Source: a virus
Taxonomy: Duplodnaviria > Caudoviricetes
Reading direction: 5' to 3' (one strand)
Virus record (IMG/VR): IMGVR_UViG_3300033076_000083
Location: 1-38,496 of that record
Length of the DNA stretch: 38,496 bases
Under the pieces are notes generated by a model. That model saw nothing but the letters and a program-made list of their open reading frames with translations, made no database searches and was not told where the DNA came from. Below are positions 34,314 to 38,496 of this stretch, piece by piece. The position numbers were made by a program, and so were the translations under genes. Position 1 is the stretch's first letter. The number at the start of each line of letters is the position of its first letter.

Positions 34314-35927
34314 ATGCTGAACATCAACGCTCTCCAAAAGACACTGTCGGCAATGCCCTTGCCGCAGTTGCAGAAGTACGCCGCTTTGCACAAAAACGAC
34401 CCATACGTGGTAGCTATGGCGCTGTCGATCGCCAACACCAAGAAGCAAGCCATGACCGCCGCGCAAGGACAAGCTGGCCGTCAGCCGATGCCCAAAGTGG
34501 TGGATCAAGACATTGCTGGTATTTCCTCTCAGCCCCAAGTAGACGCTATGGGCAACGTTACTGGCTTGCCAGAAGAGCAAGGCATTGGTGCTTTGCCTGC
34601 CCCGAACATGGCGGCGATTGGCAAGGCTGCTGGCGGCATCATTGCGTTTGATGAGGGTGGTGAGGTTCCTCGGTATCAGGTTGGGGGTCGTCCTGAACAA
34701 AACTTGGGCGGCGTGTCCAGCATCCCGTATTACATGCCCGGCCCGAGCGCAGAGCGCGATCGTTTGAACGCCATTCCCGGTCAACTTCTCAGTGGTGCGG
34801 TAGATGCTGTTGGAAACTGGTGGGACCGCTTCACCGCAGGCACAACGATCGAGGCTCAACGCAAAGCCAAAGAACAAGCCAAACTTGCAGCAATCTTGAA
34901 TGAGCTTCCCGGTAAAAGTTCTTCTCTTGGCCGCAGCCCCACCAATGCTGAAATTGAAGCGCAGTATTTGGGCGGTGCCGCGCCGGTAGCGCAAGGCACT
35001 CCAAGCGTAGGGAGTCAAAAAGTTCCTCCCGTTGCCGACGCTGGTGCGGGTGCTGGTGCTGGTGCTGGTGCTGGTGCTGGTGCTGGTGCGGGTGCAGGTG
35101 CAGGAACTACAAAACCCCCTGCTGCTCCCGGCATACAAGGCCCGTTGGCTACGTTGCGTAAAGAAATTGGCGCAGACAAGATTGAAGCGCCGGACAAAGA
35201 GACGTTCATGAAAGAACGTGAAGACGCCTCGAAGCAGTTCTACGAAAAAGCGGACAAGATTTTTTCCAAGCAGCAAGATCAGCTCAAGTCGGACAAAGAA
35301 GTTTCCGTCTACATGGCCATGATTAAGGGCGGCTTCGCCGCTGCTGCGGGTAAATCCCCATACGCTCTGGCCAACATTGCTGAAGGTGGCAAAGAAGGCA
35401 TTTCCAGTTTGGAAGAATCGTTCAAAGAGTTCCGCAAAGCTGCGCAAGAGCAAAACAAGATGGAGCTGGAACTTGAGAAAGCCCGTGCTGCGGACAAGCG
35501 TGGTGACTTGGATGCTTACCAACGCGCCACAGAAAAAGCTGACGAGCGGAAAGACCGTCGTAACGATCGTTACGCCGCTGGTGTGACTTCCATCATTACC
35601 CAGCAGATGCAAAACGAGACACAGCGTGCGGTTGCCGGAACAAATAGCCCAGCGGCGCTGTACCGTGAGATTGGTCGCGATCCCACTGGCAACCTTGCTA
35701 AAGGTTTGGAAGCGTACTCAAAACTCATGGGGCCAGATGCTCGTGGCGAGTACGCAATCTTGCAGCAATACGCTGGGCCAAAAGGTGAGATTGCTTTGCG
35801 CATGCTTGAAAGCGGAACACCAGAACAGAAAGCGTACGCGGCTCAGATTCGTGCCAAGCTTGCAACGGTGCAAGGCGGTGGATTTGTTCAGCCCCCAACA
35901 GGGGCTACCGTGTTGCCGCCCAAGTAA
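34314..35927 (+). CDS. Internal virion (ejection) protein
   Basis: 537 aa, helical Ala/Gln/Lys-rich, AAGGIIAFDEGG motif. Confidence 0.65.
   Translation: MLNINALQKTLSAMPLPQLQKYAALHKNDPYVVAMALSIANTKKQAMTAAQGQAGRQPMPKVVDQDIAGISSQPQVDAMGNVTGLPEEQGIGALPAPNMAAIGKAAGGIIAFDEGGEVPRYQVGGRPEQNLGGVSSIPYYMPGPSAERDRLNAIPGQLLSGAVDAVGNWWDRFTAGTTIEAQRKAKEQAKLAAILNELPGKSSSLGRSPTNAEIEAQYLGGAAPVAQGTPSVGSQKVPPVADAGAGAGAGAGAGAGAGAGAGAGTTKPPAAPGIQGPLATLRKEIGADKIEAPDKETFMKEREDASKQFYEKADKIFSKQQDQLKSDKEVSVYMAMIKGGFAAAAGKSPYALANIAEGGKEGISSLEESFKEFRKAAQEQNKMELELEKARAADKRGDLDAYQRATEKADERKDRRNDRYAAGVTSIITQQMQNETQRAVAGTNSPAALYREIGRDPTGNLAKGLEAYSKLMGPDARGEYAILQQYAGPKGEIALRMLESGTPEQKAYAAQIRAKLATVQGGGFVQPPTGATVLPPK
35040..35105 (+). 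repeat. In-frame hexanucleotide tandem repeat (GCNGGN)x11 encoding (AG)11
   Basis: GCTGGT-based array visible at 35040-35105. Confidence 0.9.
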
Positions 35928-35995
35928 GGCACAATACAAACCAGTGCGATGACAACGCGCCTACCGCACGGGCGCAACCACAATTCGAGTGAAAA

Positions 35996-38496
35996 ATGCC
36001 AAACTACATCCGGCTCCCAAATGGCTCCTTCTACGCAGCACCCGATGGCCTCTCACCATCACAAGCGTACGAAAAGGCTTATCAGGACTACCCGGAAGCG
36101 TTTGGTGCTGCTCCCGCAGCACAGCCAGAATCTGGCTTCGTTCCCGCACTGCAAGCTGGCTACAAAGGACTCAAAGGTGACATCGCCGCGCTTGCTGGCC
36201 GCGCCGGGGTTATGGATGTAGAGGCTGCGGAGAAGTACCGTCAGCAGCAAGAGGAAGAAGCCAAGAAGATTTTCAAGCCAACCGAGAAAGGTTGGACCGA
36301 AGCGCCCCTGACCAAAGCTGGTGAACTTCTTGGTGGCTCACTGCCCTACATGGCCGCGCCCGTTGTCGCTGGTGTCGCCGCCCCAGAAGGTGCTGCCGCG
36401 CTGGGCGCTGCTGGCTTGGCATCGCTGGCCCAGTTCACAGGCTCGAACCTTTCCCGTCAGGTTGAAGAAGGCAAGCGTTTGGCCGAGACAAGTCTTGGCT
36501 CTGCTGCCGCAGCCGCCGTGCCGCAAGCGGCGTTGGACATGCTGTCGTTCAAGATGGCCCCCGGCATCCGCAACATTTTTGCTGCTGGTGGCAAAGAGCT
36601 TTCCGAGAAAGCCGCAGAACAGTACGCCAAACAAGGCATGGCGCAGATCGCCAAAGACTACACACTGGCTACCGGCAAAGCAATGGGTGCGGAGGGTCTG
36701 ACCGAAGCTGGCCAGCAACTGTTTGAGCGTTTGCAAGCTGGCTTGAATCTGACCGATGAGCAAGCGCGTGATGAATACTGGCAGTCACTTGTTGGCGGTG
36801 CCGTGCTTGGTGGTGCGTTGGCTCCGGCTGGCCGCTACGTTGAACGTGGTGCAGAGATGCGCCGTCAACAAGAGGACGAGGCTAAGAAGAAAGCTGCTGA
36901 ACGTGCCGCAGGCATCAAAGCAGAGGAAGAGCGCAAAGCCAAGCCGGACTACTTCGTGCCGTTTGTCGAGGACTACATGGCGCGTGAGGAAGCGTTCAAG
37001 CAGCAACGCCAAGAACTAAAGAAACCCGGCAAAGATGCTACGCCCGCAGACCAAGCGGCGTACAAAGAGCTTCGTGATGCGTTGGAGGTCAAGCGCAAAG
37101 AGTTGGAAGGCGAGTCCGCAGAGTTCAACAAGCTCAAGCCTTTATACGCCCAGTACCAGCAAGCGCAGACACAAGCTAAACGCGCACCTGAAGATTTGAT
37201 GATGGAGCACTTGGGTATGAAAATGCCCGAGGCAATTAAGACTCCGACTCAAACCCGCGTTGACGAGTTTGGGCGCATCACCGAGGAACCCATTCGCAAA
37301 CCCGGCATGCCCCCGCTGTTGCAGTATGCCGCTGGTCAAGTTGAAGCGGCTCGTGGCGTTGGCCAAATGGATGCCGCCGATTACGCCGACTACTTGATGC
37401 AAGACCCTGCGCAAGCCGCGCAGCTTGTGAAGAACCGCGTCAAGATTCCGGGATTGGCCAAAAACGAAAACAGCGTCGTGCTCGATGGGTTGAAGTTGCG
37501 CTTGCAAGAGCAAGAGAAAAAGCGTGCTGCGGAGACCAAAGAAGAGTTTGCCAAGCGCGAAGAACTCCTCAAAGCGCCTGTGCTGCCCGAAGACGAGCAG
37601 AAGTACCAAGACGTCATTGATTTTGCGAAAGAGTCCCGCGATCGCGGCGACGAAGACATGCGCCACCTCAACGAGCAGTTCGTTGACGCGCTGACCACAA
37701 AAGCCCCCGCTGTCGATGTTGGCGACAACATCAAGATCACCCCGCAAGCCGAGCGCCTACGCAACCGCGTGGAAGAGTTGCTGCAAACAGCGGACCAATC
37801 TGATCGTGAGTATCGTGCTGCCCGTGCAGCCAAGGAACGCGGCGCTGCCGCTGAAGCTTTTGATCGTGGCCGCACAGCTTTGCAACAACTGGACTCTTTG
37901 GCCAAATCCGGTGGCGATTACGTCAAAGAAGTGATTGAGGCACGTCGTGCCCAGCTCGCTGCGTTCAACAAAGTGCAGGATGTCACCGAGCAACTGCGCA
38001 CAGAACAAACACTGGGCGGTGCCAACAAAGAGATGGCTGCGTCCACCGAGGAAACGCTGGCCAACGAAGCTGCACGTCAGCGTTCGGTCTTTATCACCAA
38101 CGCACTGAAAGAAGCTGCACTGCACCGCCGTGCGCAAGGTCTGCCTGCGCTGACACAGGACGAAGCGATCAAAGCCGCGTCTAAACTTTACGATACCTTC
38201 AACGACTGGATTGAGCGTGCCAAGACGTTGCCGCAGCAAGCCGAGTACGAAGAGCAGATCGTTGAGCCTGCGCAGATGCGGGCCAACAAGATCGTCAAGC
38301 CTGCTGTTACCAAACGTGTTGAGGTAAAGCCTGCGGTCAAGGGCATCACACAAGCCGAGATCAAACACTTCCAACAGCGCGTGCAGGCCATCCAGCGCCA
38401 GTTGCTTGAGCTGCCTGAAAGAAAAATACAAGTTGAAAAGCCGCTGCTGCGTCGCCAATACGCTGCGTCAGAAGCAGAGAAAGTTGCCGAGGCTCG
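35996..38496 (+). CDS. Large internal virion protein (runs off window, >830 aa)
   Basis: Absent from the ORF track because no stop lies inside the window. Begins MPNYIRLPNGSFYAAPDGLSPSQAYEKAY..., then Ala/Gly-rich EGLTEAGQQ.LER region and long helical stretches. Confidence 0.8.
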   Translation, partial: MPNYIRLPNGSFYAAPDGLSPSQAYEKAYQDYPEAFGAAPAAQPESGFVPALQAGYKGLKGDIAALAGRAGVMDVEAAEKYRQQQEEEAKKIFKPTEKGWTEAPLTKAGELLGGSLPYMAAPVVAGVAAPEGAAALGAAGLASLAQFTGSNLSRQVEEGKRLAETSLGSAAAAAVPQAALDMLSFKMAPGIRNIFAAGGKELSEKAAEQYAKQGMAQIAKDYTLATGKAMGAEGLTEAGQQLFERLQAGLNLTDEQARDEYWQSLVGGAVLGGALAPAGRYVERGAEMRRQQEDEAKKKAAERAAGIKAEEERKAKPDYFVPFVEDYMAREEAFKQQRQELKKPGKDATPADQAAYKELRDALEVKRKELEGESAEFNKLKPLYAQYQQAQTQAKRAPEDLMMEHLGMKMPEAIKTPTQTRVDEFGRITEEPIRKPGMPPLLQYAAGQVEAARGVGQMDAADYADYLMQDPAQAAQLVKNRVKIPGLAKNENSVVLDGLKLRLQEQEKKRAAETKEEFAKREELLKAPVLPEDEQKYQDVIDFAKESRDRGDEDMRHLNEQFVDALTTKAPAVDVGDNIKITPQAERLRNRVEELLQTADQSDREYRAARAAKERGAAAEAFDRGRTALQQLDSLAKSGGDYVKEVIEARRAQLAAFNKVQDVTEQLRTEQTLGGANKEMAASTEETLANEAARQRSVFITNALKEAALHRRAQGLPALTQDEAIKAASKLYDTFNDWIERAKTLPQQAEYEEQIVEPAQMRANKIVKPAVTKRVEVKPAVKGITQAEIKHFQQRVQAIQRQLLELPERKIQVEKPLLRRQYAASEAEKVAEA

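Overview
The whole window is part of a tailed dsDNA bacteriophage genome (Caudoviricetes, podovirus-type gene content: P22-like portal, tail nozzle and internal/ejection proteins, no tape-measure gene seen). It has two divergent arms. The left arm (1-5854, minus strand) is a tightly packed array of small, mostly hypothetical early genes. The right arm (6312-38496, plus strand) is the morphogenesis operon: putative TerS, TerL, portal, GroES-like protein, scaffold, major capsid, small basic proteins, adaptors, modular tail fibres with chaperones, a lysis cassette with a GH19 endolysin, the nozzle and internal virion proteins. No integrase, replication, tRNA, rRNA or CRISPR features were seen. 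The most notable unexplained structure is non-coding. (1) A ~95-nt candidate sRNA between the arms has its own promoter and terminator, and its unpaired seed is antisense to a ribosome-binding/start-codon sequence repeated in front of three early genes. (2) A 17-bp palindrome GCGGACA-N3-TGTCCGC occurs six times, only in the early arm. (3) There is a chained-pseudoknot RNA candidate after the capsid terminator. (4) An AT-rich core is flanked by a perfect 16-bp inverted repeat. All family assignments come from motif recognition and synteny, not database searches.
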